Source: Felis catus | Taxonomy: Eukaryota | DNA length: 64,000 nt | Direction of reading: 5' to 3' | Assembly: GCF_018350175.1 (NCBI RefSeq) | Contig: NC_058383.1 | Location: 40,734,001-40,798,000, forward strand | Shown: positions 1 through 18,530 of the stretch, piece by piece | How the letters are laid out: each line of letters opens with the position of its first letter | Position numbering within the stretch: the first letter of the stretch is position 1 | Notes under the pieces: model-generated | Database searches by the model: none | Told to the model about the DNA's origin: nothing | What the model saw: only the letters and a program-made list of their open reading frames with translations | Position numbers and translations under genes: made by a program

Positions 1-2244
1 CTGGGCGCAAGCCCTACGCTGGTGATCGGCGCCACCCCATCTTCTTCAAGCGCAAGCTGGACCCTGCCGAGCCTTTTGTGGGCCTCGCCTCCAGTGCTCT
101 GAGCGTCTTCGAGATAGAGCCTGGCAGTGGCAGCATGAGCTGGTTTGTGGACACGGCCGAGCGTTATGCCCTTGCTGGTCGGCCTCTGGCTGAGCTCTGT
201 GACCACAATGCCAAAGTGGCTCGGGAGCTTGGCCGCAACCAGGTAGGTGGGGTGGCCCCAGAGGCCATGGGCTCCCAGGGGCCATGACCTTGGGGGTTCC
301 TCCGACTGTCACATCCAAACCCTTTCAGGGATTTAGCACTCAGCTCTGGCTGCTCCCACCACCAGCCATCACCCTGGTAACAGGGTGCCCAGTGCCCTGC
401 CGTGAGCCCGAGGCCAGTGCCGTCCTCTGGGTGCAGGTCTCGGGTGTTATGGGGTTCAAGTGCCCTCTTGAGGCTCGTTTTTGCTTTTGGATTTCCCAAG
501 CTGTCCCCGCTCTGCAGAGGTGCATGCAGCCACTCTCGTCTCCCTGGGTCAGCAGGCTCATTTCCGTGTTGGCTGCCTTCAATTTCTGCTTTTGTCTATT
601 CCCCTGTAGGAAGGAGGCTAGAATTTTTGCGTTTGGCATAGGCGTCAGTTTCCCCCGCTTGGGGTGGGCCAGGATGCTAGGTCCCTGGGGCAGCTGAACA
701 CTGAGAGGTTGTGATTCCATCTGGGCGTGGGGGGGGTGGGTGCTGCACGGGGCACCAGGGACCCAGGCTCCTTGTAAGTGCCTGGTGGCTGCTCCTAGGT
801 GGCACAGACCTGGACCATGCTACGGATCATCTACTGTAGCCCTGGCCTGGCGCCTGCCACCAGCCTCAACCACAGCGTGGGCAAGGGCAGCTCTTGCGGC
901 TTGCCACTTATGAACAGGTAGACGCCTGGGGGTGGCTCTCCACAGAGGGTGGGACCGTTGGAACCCATCTACCCATCAGCCCTCCCTGTCCCCAGTTTCA
1001 ATCTGAAGGATATGGCCCCGGGGTTGGGCAGTGAGACCAGGCTGGACCGTAGCAAGGGTGACACACGGAGCGACACGGTGCTGCTTGACTCCTCAGCCAC
1101 ACTCATCACCAATGAGGGTAGGCTGAGGGGCGAGCAGAGGGTTGATGGGAGTGGGGCCAGGGCATCCCAGAACCAGCTGCCTCTGGAACACCCACCCTCC
1201 CTTGTGGGCAGATAACGAAGAGACAGAGGGCAGCGATGTGCCTGCAGACTACCTGCTGGGCGACGTGGAGGGCGAGGAGGACGAGCTGTACCTGCTGGAC
1301 CCGGAACACGCACACCGTGAGTGGGGGCCGGGAGAGTGGGGTTGGGAGGCAGGGCCGGAGGCTCAGACCCTGCCTTCCCTGCCCCTGCCTTGCAGCGGAG
1401 GAGCCTGAATATGTGCTGCCCCAGGAGGCCTTCCCGCTACGCCACGAGATTGTGGACACTCCACCTGGCCCCGAGCACCTCCAGGACAAGGCCGACTCGC
1501 CCCACGTGAGCGGCAGCGAGGCTGATGCGGCTTCCTCAGCTCCCATGGACTCCTCCTTCTCGCTCATCTCGGTATCACACGCCCTCTACGACAGCCGCCT
1601 GCCGCCTGACTTCTTCAGCGCCCTGGTGTGTGACATGCTGCGCTTCTACGCCGAGCAGGGCGATGTGCAGATGGCCGTGTCCGTGCTCATTGTGCTGGGT
1701 GAACGCGTGCGCAAGGACATCGACGAGCAGACCCAGGTGGGTGACCGGGTCTCCGGGAGGGCCTCCCTGCCACCCCCAGACCTGACCCCCCCGCACGACT
1801 GCCTTCCCCTGCACCCGGCGCGCTCAGGGTGAAGCCCACAGCGTGCCCACCTCCCGGCCTCTTGCCTCCCTCCCCTCTCCGCACCGCCAGGAGCACTGGT
1901 ACACGTCCTACATCGACCTGCTGCAGCGCTTCTGCCTCTGGAACGTGTCCAACCAGGTGGTCAAGCTCAGCACCAGCCGCGCCGTCAGCTGCCTCAACCA
2001 GGCCTCCACCACCCTGCACGTCAACTGCAGCCACTGCAAGCGGCCCATGAGCAGCCGTGGCTGGGTCTGTGACCGGTGCCACCGCTGCGCCAGCATGTGT
2101 GCTGTCTGCCACCACGTGGTCAAGGGTCTGTTCGTGTGGTGCCAGGGCTGCAGTCACGGCGGCCACCTGCAGCACATCATGAAGTGGCTGGAGGGCAGCT
2201 CCCACTGCCCTGCGGGCTGCGGCCACTTGTGCGAGTACTCGTGA
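1..2244 (+). CDS. WDR24: GATOR2 subunit WDR24, 3' part (5' exons lie outside the window)
   Basis: Exons <1-242, 799-917, 996-1117, 1212-1316, 1396-1736 and 1891-2244, all GT-AG and in frame. Translation includes [41 protein letters not shown] and the Cys/His-rich C-terminus [23 protein letters not shown]...CGHLCEYS*. Confidence 0.97.
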
Positions 2245-2291
2245 CCCATCTGCGCTGGGCCTGGGGTGGGTGGGGCTGGGCGTGCGAACCA

Positions 2292-2297
2292 AATAAA
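2292..2297 (+). terminator. WDR24 polyadenylation signal (AATAAA)
   Basis: AATAAA about 50 nt after the WDR24 stop codon and upstream of the JMJD8 CpG island. Confidence 0.8.
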
Positions 2298-2299
2298 GG

Positions 2300-2950
2300 A
2301 CGCGGGAGCCGCAGTCTGAGGCTGCCTGTCACCCCATCGTGCCGCCGACGGCCCGGTTGGTTTTTCCGCGCTGGGCGACTGGGGTGGGTAGGTGGCCTCG
2401 TCGCCATGGGAACTGGCGGGGGGGCGTGGCCCTAGCCCGGGTCGGGTGGCCTTCGCTCCGCCTTCGAAAACACCCTTCCTTCCGGGGCGGGCCAAAGGAA
2501 GGTGCTTCCGGGCCGTTGCCGCGACGACGGAGCTCCCGCCATGCCTCGCGGCGGCGGGCTAATGGCGTCGGGGGCGCGGCTGCAGTTACTGCTCGCGCTC
2601 TGGACGCTGGCGGGCCCGGCCCGGCCGGTGGCCGCGGACGCGGGCGACGGAGGGTGGTGAGCGGCGGGGTCCGGGCGCGCGGTGGGGCCCGGGGCGCGCG
2701 GTGGGGCGGGGGTGCTGACCAGCTGTGCCCGCAGGCAGCGACGCGGGCCTGGGGCGGCGGTGGCGGAGGAGGAGCGCTGTGCCGTGGAGCGTCGGGCCGA
2801 CCTTAGCTACTCCGAATTCGTGCAGCAGTACGTCCCCCCTACCCCCTCCCCGGAGCGCCGATATCGCGCCCTTTCTGGCCCGTCCGTCCTCCCTGACCTC
2901 CCAAGATCTATTTGAACTAACGCGTGGGGGCTGGAGCGGGCAGGCGCGGG
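2300..2950. promoter_or_regulatory. CpG-island promoter of JMJD8
   Basis: CpG-dense; contains GC boxes, CTTCCG ETS cores and an X-box-like GTCGCCATGGGAAC at 2400-2413. Confidence 0.75.
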
Positions 2951-4110
2951 TCAGACTTGGCCGTGACTCTTGCCCCTTCTAGCTACGCCTTCTCCAGACC
3001 CGTCATCCTCCAGAGGCTCACAGACAACTCGGTGAGTGCTGGCGCCCCTCCTGGCCACTTTCCGCCCTTGCTGGGCCCAGCCCTTGAGTCTTCTCCCCAC
3101 CCCCTTAGAGGTTCCGGGCCCTGTGCTCCCGAGAAAAGCTGCTGGCCTCGTTCGGGGACAGCGTGGTACGGCTGAGCACTGCCAACACCTACTCCTACCG
3201 GAAAGGTGAGCTGCCCCACCCTGCCTGCCAGCATCTTGCGGGCGGCCCCAGCGAGTCCTGACCAGCCCCTTTCCCGCAGTGGACCTGCCCTTCCAGGAGT
3301 ATGTGGAGCACCTGTTACACCCCCAGGATCCTACCTCCTTGGGCAACGGTGAGTGGGCTTTGGTCGGCCCTGGGGTGGGGTCGGAGGGGATAGGGGCATT
3401 GGAAGTACTCGGGTGCCAAAATCCCTGCATGTCCTGTGTTCTTTGCTGGCAGACACTTTGTATTTCTTTGGGGACAATAATTTCAGCGAATGGGCGTCAC
3501 TTTTCCAGCACTATTCCCCACCCCCATTCAGCCTGTTGGGTACCACAGCTGCTTACAGCTTTGGAGTTGCAGGTGGGTACCCTGCAGGAGCAGAGGGCAT
3601 GGGAGAGAGGGAGGGGGTGGGGACTACAGGCTGGGTTTGGTTAGCGACTGCCGGTAACTCCACAGGAGCTGGTTCTGGGGTGCCTTTCCACTGGCACGGG
3701 CCCGGCTTCTCAGAGGTGGTCTACGGCCGCAAGGTCAGCACAGGATGGGGGCTGAGGCTTGGGGCTCGCTGACTGCAACACAGAGTGACCTTGCTGTTCC
3801 ACCCCCAGCGCTGGTTCCTGTACCCTCCCGAGAAGACACCGGAGTTCCACCCCAACAAGACCACGCTGGCCTGGCTTCAGGACGTGTACCCAGCCCTGGC
3901 ACCATCTGAGAGACCCCTGGAGTGCACCGTCCAGGCTGGCGAGGTCAGTAGGTGACGACAGGAAGAGGCCTCCAGGCTGGACCAGCTGCCACTAACTAAT
4001 TTCTGTTTCCCGCCTCCGTCCCCCACCAGGTGCTGTATTTCCCTGACCGATGGTGGCACGCCACACTAAACCTGGACACCAGTGTTTTCATCTCCACCTT
4101 CCTCAGCTAG
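2562..4110 (+). CDS. JMJD8: JmjC domain-containing protein 8
   Basis: Exons 2562-2656, 2735-2827, 2983-3031, 3109-3205, 3280-3348, 3453-3572, 3666-3733, 3809-3943 and 4030-4110. Signal-peptide-like N-terminus, then RCAVERRADL, GSGVPFHWHGPG and VLYFPDRWWHATLNLDTSVFISTFLS*. An in-frame upstream ATG lies at 2541. Confidence 0.96.
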
Positions 4111-4173
4111 CCAGAGTGGGCGGCTGGTGAGCCCAGCACACACCAGCACACGCCCCCGTTAGTGCTCACAGAT

Positions 4174-4179
4174 TTTATT
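4174..4179 (-). terminator. STUB1 polyadenylation signal (AATAAA, minus strand)
   Basis: TTTATT on the plus strand, about 225 nt beyond the STUB1 stop. Confidence 0.75.
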
Positions 4180-4403
4180 ACAGGACAGTGGTGGCGGCAG
4201 CCCACCCTCACCTGCTGTTTCTGGCCCAGACAGGTGGAGGTGGGGTTCATGGTCCAGCAGCGAAACTGATTAGGGTGGGGGTGGGGACACTGGGGCAGGG
4301 ATCTAGGGACACAAACTATGTACAGGGACTGGGAGCTACTGCCCCAAGGCCCTCCTGGGCCAGGATACTAGGCAAGGCGGGCTGCCTTTGCACTCCCCCG
4401 GCC

Positions 4404-7450
<3,047 letters not shown>

Positions 7451-8145
7451 CCACAGTGGCCGCAGTGCCGGACCAGCCAGCGCTGCAGTACGCCCACAAG
7501 CCCTAAGTGTTGCACCTGAGCCGGGTGCAGAACCACGCCGCAGCCCTCAGCAGAGGGAGGGGCCCGTCGGAAGGCAGGGAGGGCATCCCATCCAAGGCCC
7601 TGGTCGGGCTGGTGAATGCAGGGCTGTACAGCATAGACTGGCCAGCATCCCGGGGCCCCAAACTGCCTCTGCCCCTGCCTAGATAGTACCTGAGGGCTGT
7701 GGACCCCTCACCGTGTGCAGACAGCACTACGGACGTGGGCTGTGGGGCAGTGCCCAGACCTTGGCCCCAGCCCGGCCACCTGATGACACCGTGCCAGCCA
7801 AGAAGTGCAGGATTCAGGCTGAGTGAACTTGGGTGTGGCCCAGGGCCTGCACCTGCCCGGTAACCTCAGGCCACAGGTTTCTGTGGGTGTGAGCTGGCCA
7901 AGGAGGAGGCTGGCTGCTGCAGGAACTCAATAAACGCTTGCTGAACTCTCATCCGACTGTGAGGACCACCCCACTCCCCACTCCCACCTGCCCCCCGCTA
8001 CACAGCATACGAGTGCAGAAGAGTGAGGGAGGAGCCCAAGCTGTCCACATGGAGGGAAAGGCCCTTACGGTCTGCTCAGCGAGTGGGAAGGAGGCCAGGC
8101 CCGCCCTCAGAGCCCTGGTGCAGCCACCTGGTGCTGTGTAAAATA

Positions 8146-8151
8146 TTTATT
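8146..8151 (-). terminator. RHBDL1 polyadenylation signal
   Basis: TTTATT about 300 nt beyond the RHBDL1 stop. Confidence 0.75.
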
Positions 8152-8452
8152 CGTTTTCCAAAAAGGCTCAGACCGCAAATCGTGGTGGGGAGGCTGGGGC
8201 AGGGTCTCCTCCAGGGCCACACTTGGGGACCTCCACTGCCTGGCCAGGCAGTCCTACCTCCCCAGGCCTGGGAGGGGGTGGCCAGGGCTGATGTAAGGCT
8301 TGGCCTGGACACCATGGGCTACAGGACCCACCAGTCCCCACGGAGGACAAGCAGTCTTGAGATGTACATTCACAGAGGACGGACACGCGGGCTCGCCCGG
8401 TGGCCGGCCCACACACGCCCGCACCCTGGCCTGTGTGGCCCTGAGGAGCCCG

Positions 8453-10712
8453 TCAGGGTGGTGGGGGGATGTGGGCGCCTAGTAGGTCATAGGCGAAGAC
8501 GTTCCAGAAGATGGCAAAGAGCAGGAAAGTGCCGTAGGCAAGCAGCACCACCCACCAGCCGCACTGGTCCCGGAGTCGCTCCTCATAGCTGCGCAGGATG
8601 GTCAGACCCATGCTGACCCCGACCACTGCACCTGCCAGGTGTGCCATGAAGCTGGGCTGTGGGCCTGAGGCAGGCAGCGGTGGGGAAAAGCGGAGCCACA
8701 CGGCCCGGCCCACCTCGGAGCTCACTGCAGAGAAAGGCAGCAGGTGGGAGGCACCCTGGCCTTAGGCTGAGGCCCCCCAGCCCCCTGACCCCCTACTTAC
8801 TGCACACCAAGGCCAGCACCATCCTCAGCAGCTTGTAGGGACACCTCATCCCAGCCCAGTTCTGATGGAGCGTGAGACAGAGGCTGTGAGACAGGCCTCG
8901 TGGGCCCCTCCCCGCGCCCGCCCCGCAGTCCGCCCTATTACCATGACGACGTTGGCCAGGTGTGCCGAGCACAAGGCGTAGACCCCACCAGAGCCCCCCA
9001 CCACAGGGGCCCGCATGTCGGTAATGGAGACAGTCAGGGAGCCTGTGTGAGCAAAGGGAGAGCAGTGAGGGTGAGGCTCACCAGTGGCAAGGCCAGGGGG
9101 CACGTGCCTGCCTCACCTGCCAGCACGCCGGCCAGGTAGAGCAGGCTGATGCGGAGCAGACCGTGCACCATCTCCAAGGGCACCCCGATCATCAGCTGCA
9201 GGAGCGCGTTGAACCCCAGCTGCTCCAGGCTGGCCGTGTGGGTGTAAACAGATGTGAAGGCAGCGGTCAGGCCACCAGCCCTGGCCTCGAGGGCCTGAGT
9301 CCTCCCGACACCCTCGGAGAGATGCCAGAGGCGGGCCCGGACTCACCCAACGTGCATGAACATGTAGGTGAGGAAGCGCCAGGCTCGAGCACGGTGGCCG
9401 GGATGGTACACGAGGGGGCTCTTCATGTACTCAGGGTGGTAGGTCTGCAGCACCCATTTGTTGAGACGGGCCCCGTAGCACAGGAACACGATGATCTGGG
9501 AGACAGAGGAGTTAGGGCCAGGCGAGGCCAGGCACAGGGGCGGTTCCCAGAGTGGTGGACAGGTGGGCACACCTGGGCAAGGGTGACCGAGGCCATAAAC
9601 ACGGGGGGTGGGCAGCTGCGGTGCCGGTAGAAGTACCAGTGGCGGTCCACCTCCCGGGGCAGGATCTCGTAGGCGACGTAGCGCACAAACCGCTTGTAGA
9701 CGCCCAGGCCTGGCTCATCCAGCAGCCCGTCCCGGGGCAGGGCCCTCTGTCCGTTGGCGATGGCCCGCTTAAAGCTGCTTGAGCGTTTACTGCTGATCTG
9801 GGGGGGGGGGGCCCTAAGCATGGGCCACCGTACTCCCCACCCACCCACCCCCAGCCACCCTGCCCCCTTGGCCCCACCCAGCTTCTGGCAGAGTCTGAGG
9901 TCCTGCCCCAAGTGCACACCCCTCCCTGGTGGGAAGGGCAGGGAGTGAGGGCTGCCCGCCCACCCCACTCTGGCCAGGGCACTGTGCCTGTCAAGGCCTG
10001 GGCCCGTACCCTTGCTGTTTGCCCGTTATGGCACTGACCAGGTCCACCAGCTCCTGGTAGCAGACCTGGCCCCGCTCGTTGCTCTGGGCCAAGGCCACCA
10101 GCATGTCCAGCTTGGCTGGGTCCAGAGGCAGCTCATGGCTGTGCACCAGGCCAGTGAAGGTGTCCGCACCGATGAAACCTGTGTTCTCGGGGTCCAGCTG
10201 CTGGGGTGGGGGGGGGCCGCCGGCCAAGGCTTGAGGGTGGGTCAGGCCAGCTGGGAGAGGCAGGCTCCAAGCACCCTGAGACCAGACCTCTGTACCCACG
10301 TAGTCCCCGGAGCCGCCAGGACACCAGTGCCTGGGTCCCAGGCCTTCAGCTCCTACAGCTCTTAGGGGCCTCCCCGCCTCATTTCTGCCCTGCCCATCCT
10401 CCTGGAAGGATAGGACCAAGGTCTGAGCACAATCTCCCTCCCTCCTGTACCTCCCCAGGCTCCCTGGTCTGGCTGGCCCTCTCCTGGGGTCTCACGCGGG
10501 GGGGGGGGGGGGGGGGGGGGGCCGAGGTCGTGGGGGAGGGGACTTGAGAGGCTAGGCGCCAAGCGGGGGCTCGACCGCGGCTCTCTGGGAGCTCCGTCGC
10601 CTCGGCGCAACCCAACGTTGGGCCGAGGGCTGCGGCGGGGGCGGTGCCGGCGCCCCCCACCCACCCCACGCACCTGCTCCTGGATAAGCTGCAGCAGCGA
10701 GCTCCTGTCCAT
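8453..10712 (-). CDS. RHBDL1: Rhomboid-like intramembrane serine protease 1, 373 aa
   Basis: Exons 10712-10674, 10200-10039, 9797-9573, 9495-9347, 9229-9117, 9042-8942, 8861-8801 and 8724-8453, total 1122 nt. Starts [13 protein letters not shown]; rhomboid motifs [15 protein letters not shown] (catalytic Ser) and AHLAG (catalytic His) are intact. Confidence 0.97.
10498..10521 (+). repeat. (G)24 homopolymer in RHBDL1 intron 1
   Basis: Read directly from the sequence. Confidence 0.9.
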
Positions 10713-11010
10713 AGAGCCAGGCGGGGCCGGGGGCCGGGGTCGGCGGCCGCGGCCGGAAGGGGCTGCTCTGCGGAGGACTCCGCTCCGCCCCGGCCCGCCC
10801 GCTCCGCCCGCTCCGTTCGGCGCCGCGTCACCGAGCCAGAGCCGCCCGCCCCCGCGCGCACGCTGCCGCCGCCCGCCCCGCCACGCGCGGCCGGGACACG
10901 CGCGCGCCCTGCCTGCGGACGCGCCGCAGGCAGGAACAGCCGCGACCGGAGCTGGGGTCTCGCCGCCACGCTTGCTGCCGTCCCGTTCCGGGGCCGCTCG
11001 TTAACGCGGG
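10550..11010. promoter_or_regulatory. CpG-island promoter of RHBDL1
   Basis: Dense CpG and GC boxes around exon 1. Confidence 0.75.
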
Positions 11011-12393
11011 GAAGCGACTGGGAAACTGAGTCACAGGGCAGCGTCCAGATCCCTCCCTCGCGCGCCCCTCTGCTTGGGGCCTCAGCGCTGAAGCCACCTC
11101 CTCGGGGAAGCCTTCCTGACCACCGCACTGCCTGTGAGTCCTTACCGGGCCAGGGCTCCCTTGAAGGTGCCGGCAGGCCCGCCAGACACGCTTGCTCCCA
11201 GGCATTAAGAACGCACCACAGCCCCTCCGTGTGGGAACCAAGTCCAACAGGGCAACTAGCGGGAGTCGGGGAGGCTCAGTGCGGCTGTCCTTGCTCAGCC
11301 CGTGGAGGCTGAGCCCCAGCACCCATCTGGGCCTGGAGGCCCCTGACCACTCCTGCAGCCGCGATGCTGCAAGGCAGGACCTCCAGTTCCAGTTCACTGG
11401 GAGCCGAGACAGACCTATGGGCATTGGGGCAGAGCCCCCAACACACGAGGCTGCAGCTGGCTAGGAAAGGTCGCTACTTTCTGGGGACGGCAAGTAGAGC
11501 CCTCTAGCAGTAGAGGTGACAGAGACCAAAGGAATGTGTCATCATAGCAACCCCAGGGGCTAGAAAGAGCATCCTGCCCCACCCTAAGGCAGGTGAGAGC
11601 TGCCCCCGTGGGCCAGCGGGCCGAGAGGCTGCCAGGGATGTCGGAAGGACAATTTCAGAGTCAACCCCAGACCCTTCAGCAGGCCTGAGCCTCCCCGTGG
11701 AGCAGCAAGCCCCCCACCCCCCCAACTCCTGCAAAGAGCATTTTGGGACTTGGGGAAGGTGCCTCTCAGGACTGCGATGGCAGGAAGGGCACCTCGCCAC
11801 ACCACGGGCTCGCTGCTCCAGACCCCAGAACATATACCGAGTGAACACTTAAGAAGTGCTAAAGCCCAGCCCTAAGCCGGGCGCCCCCACCCCCAGCCCT
11901 GCAGGCTGGGGTCTCTGGCTGTCCCCTGCCCAGGGAGAAGGGCAGAGGCCTCTGGTCAGGGCCTGAGGAAACAGGGCAGATACCCCAGGCTGGGGCCGGA
12001 CCACATCAGAAGGGCAACATCTGGGCAGGCCCCCGTTCCACCGCAGAGTCCCCCATCTTCCATACACCACAGCCTCGCTAACTAACGGGATGCTCAGACT
12101 GGGGGGGGGGGGGGTGAGGCAGTGCTGCGGGGCACACCGGCCCCAGGGCGGGGCATCAGGAGGCTCTCAGGTAGCAGATCACCTCAGGCCAGCATGGACC
12201 TTGAAGGGTGCAGAGGCTCGTAAGCTGCAGCTGGGCCGTGAATGAGACCCCAGAGTGGGCCCCAGACCTGGAGGAGGCGTGGGAGCCAGTGGCGAGCTTT
12301 CAAGCCCATGCGAGACAAAGGACACATTTTAGCGGATTCAAGAAAAGCTGTCTTCCGAAAGCAGGATTCGAGATGCAAAAGACACCAGCAAAG

Positions 12394-12399
12394 TTTAAT
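12394..12399 (-). terminator. RHOT2 polyadenylation signal (ATTAAA)
   Basis: TTTAAT on the plus strand, about 375 nt beyond the stop, next to U-rich sequence on the minus strand. Confidence 0.6.
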
Positions 12400-12771
12400 C
12401 AGGACACCCGAGCTGATGCCTTCTGAGAGGGGTGTGGCACTGGACCCGTCTCCAAACCAGGGAGGAAGGCCACACGGTGCTCAACCACTTCCTGCCCCCC
12501 ACCTCCGGCCCAAAGTTCTGTTTTCCGACACCCTTCACGCCCACCGGCTGCCTGGGACCAGAAAGGTGTGGAGCCCTGAGAACTACAGGAGTCTGGGGTC
12601 ACACGCTTCCTCGCTTGTGATCCCCAGTGCCCCAGAACCTCGGGACCCACCCACGGGTCTTGGGCACGGGCAGGTGAGTGGGCAAAGTGTCCCCAGAAAC
12701 CAGGTTCAGACAGAAGTTAGGTTCCCTCGAGCACGTGGCCCCAATACCAACACCCGGGGGCCCCTGAGGCC

Positions 12772-18260
<5,489 letters not shown>

Positions 18261-18372
18261 CCGCCCACTCTGGGCAGGGAGCAGGTCTGGGGACTCTGTG
18301 CGGGCTGAGCTCAGGCCAGGGCAGCAGGATCCTGGAATGACCATCTCACGATGCCAGAATGCAACACCCACG

Positions 18373-18378
18373 TTTATT
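18373..18378 (-). terminator. WDR90 polyadenylation signal
   Basis: TTTATT about 150 nt beyond the WDR90 stop. Confidence 0.75.
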
Positions 18379-18530
18379 TGAACCGCACAGGGCGGAAGCA
18401 TACAAAAGCTCTCAGATCGAGAGCACTTTGCGTAAAGTCCAGGCTCTTGACGATTTACAGCGGCAGGTCCGCTGGTGTGTAGACATGGGCCTAGAAACCA
18501 CCTTGGCTCAGCGGGAGGCCATGGGACAGC

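Noticed and set aside
7720-7741. Partial REST/RE1-like motif (CAGCACTACGGAC)
   Set aside because: Too many mismatches in both halves to call.
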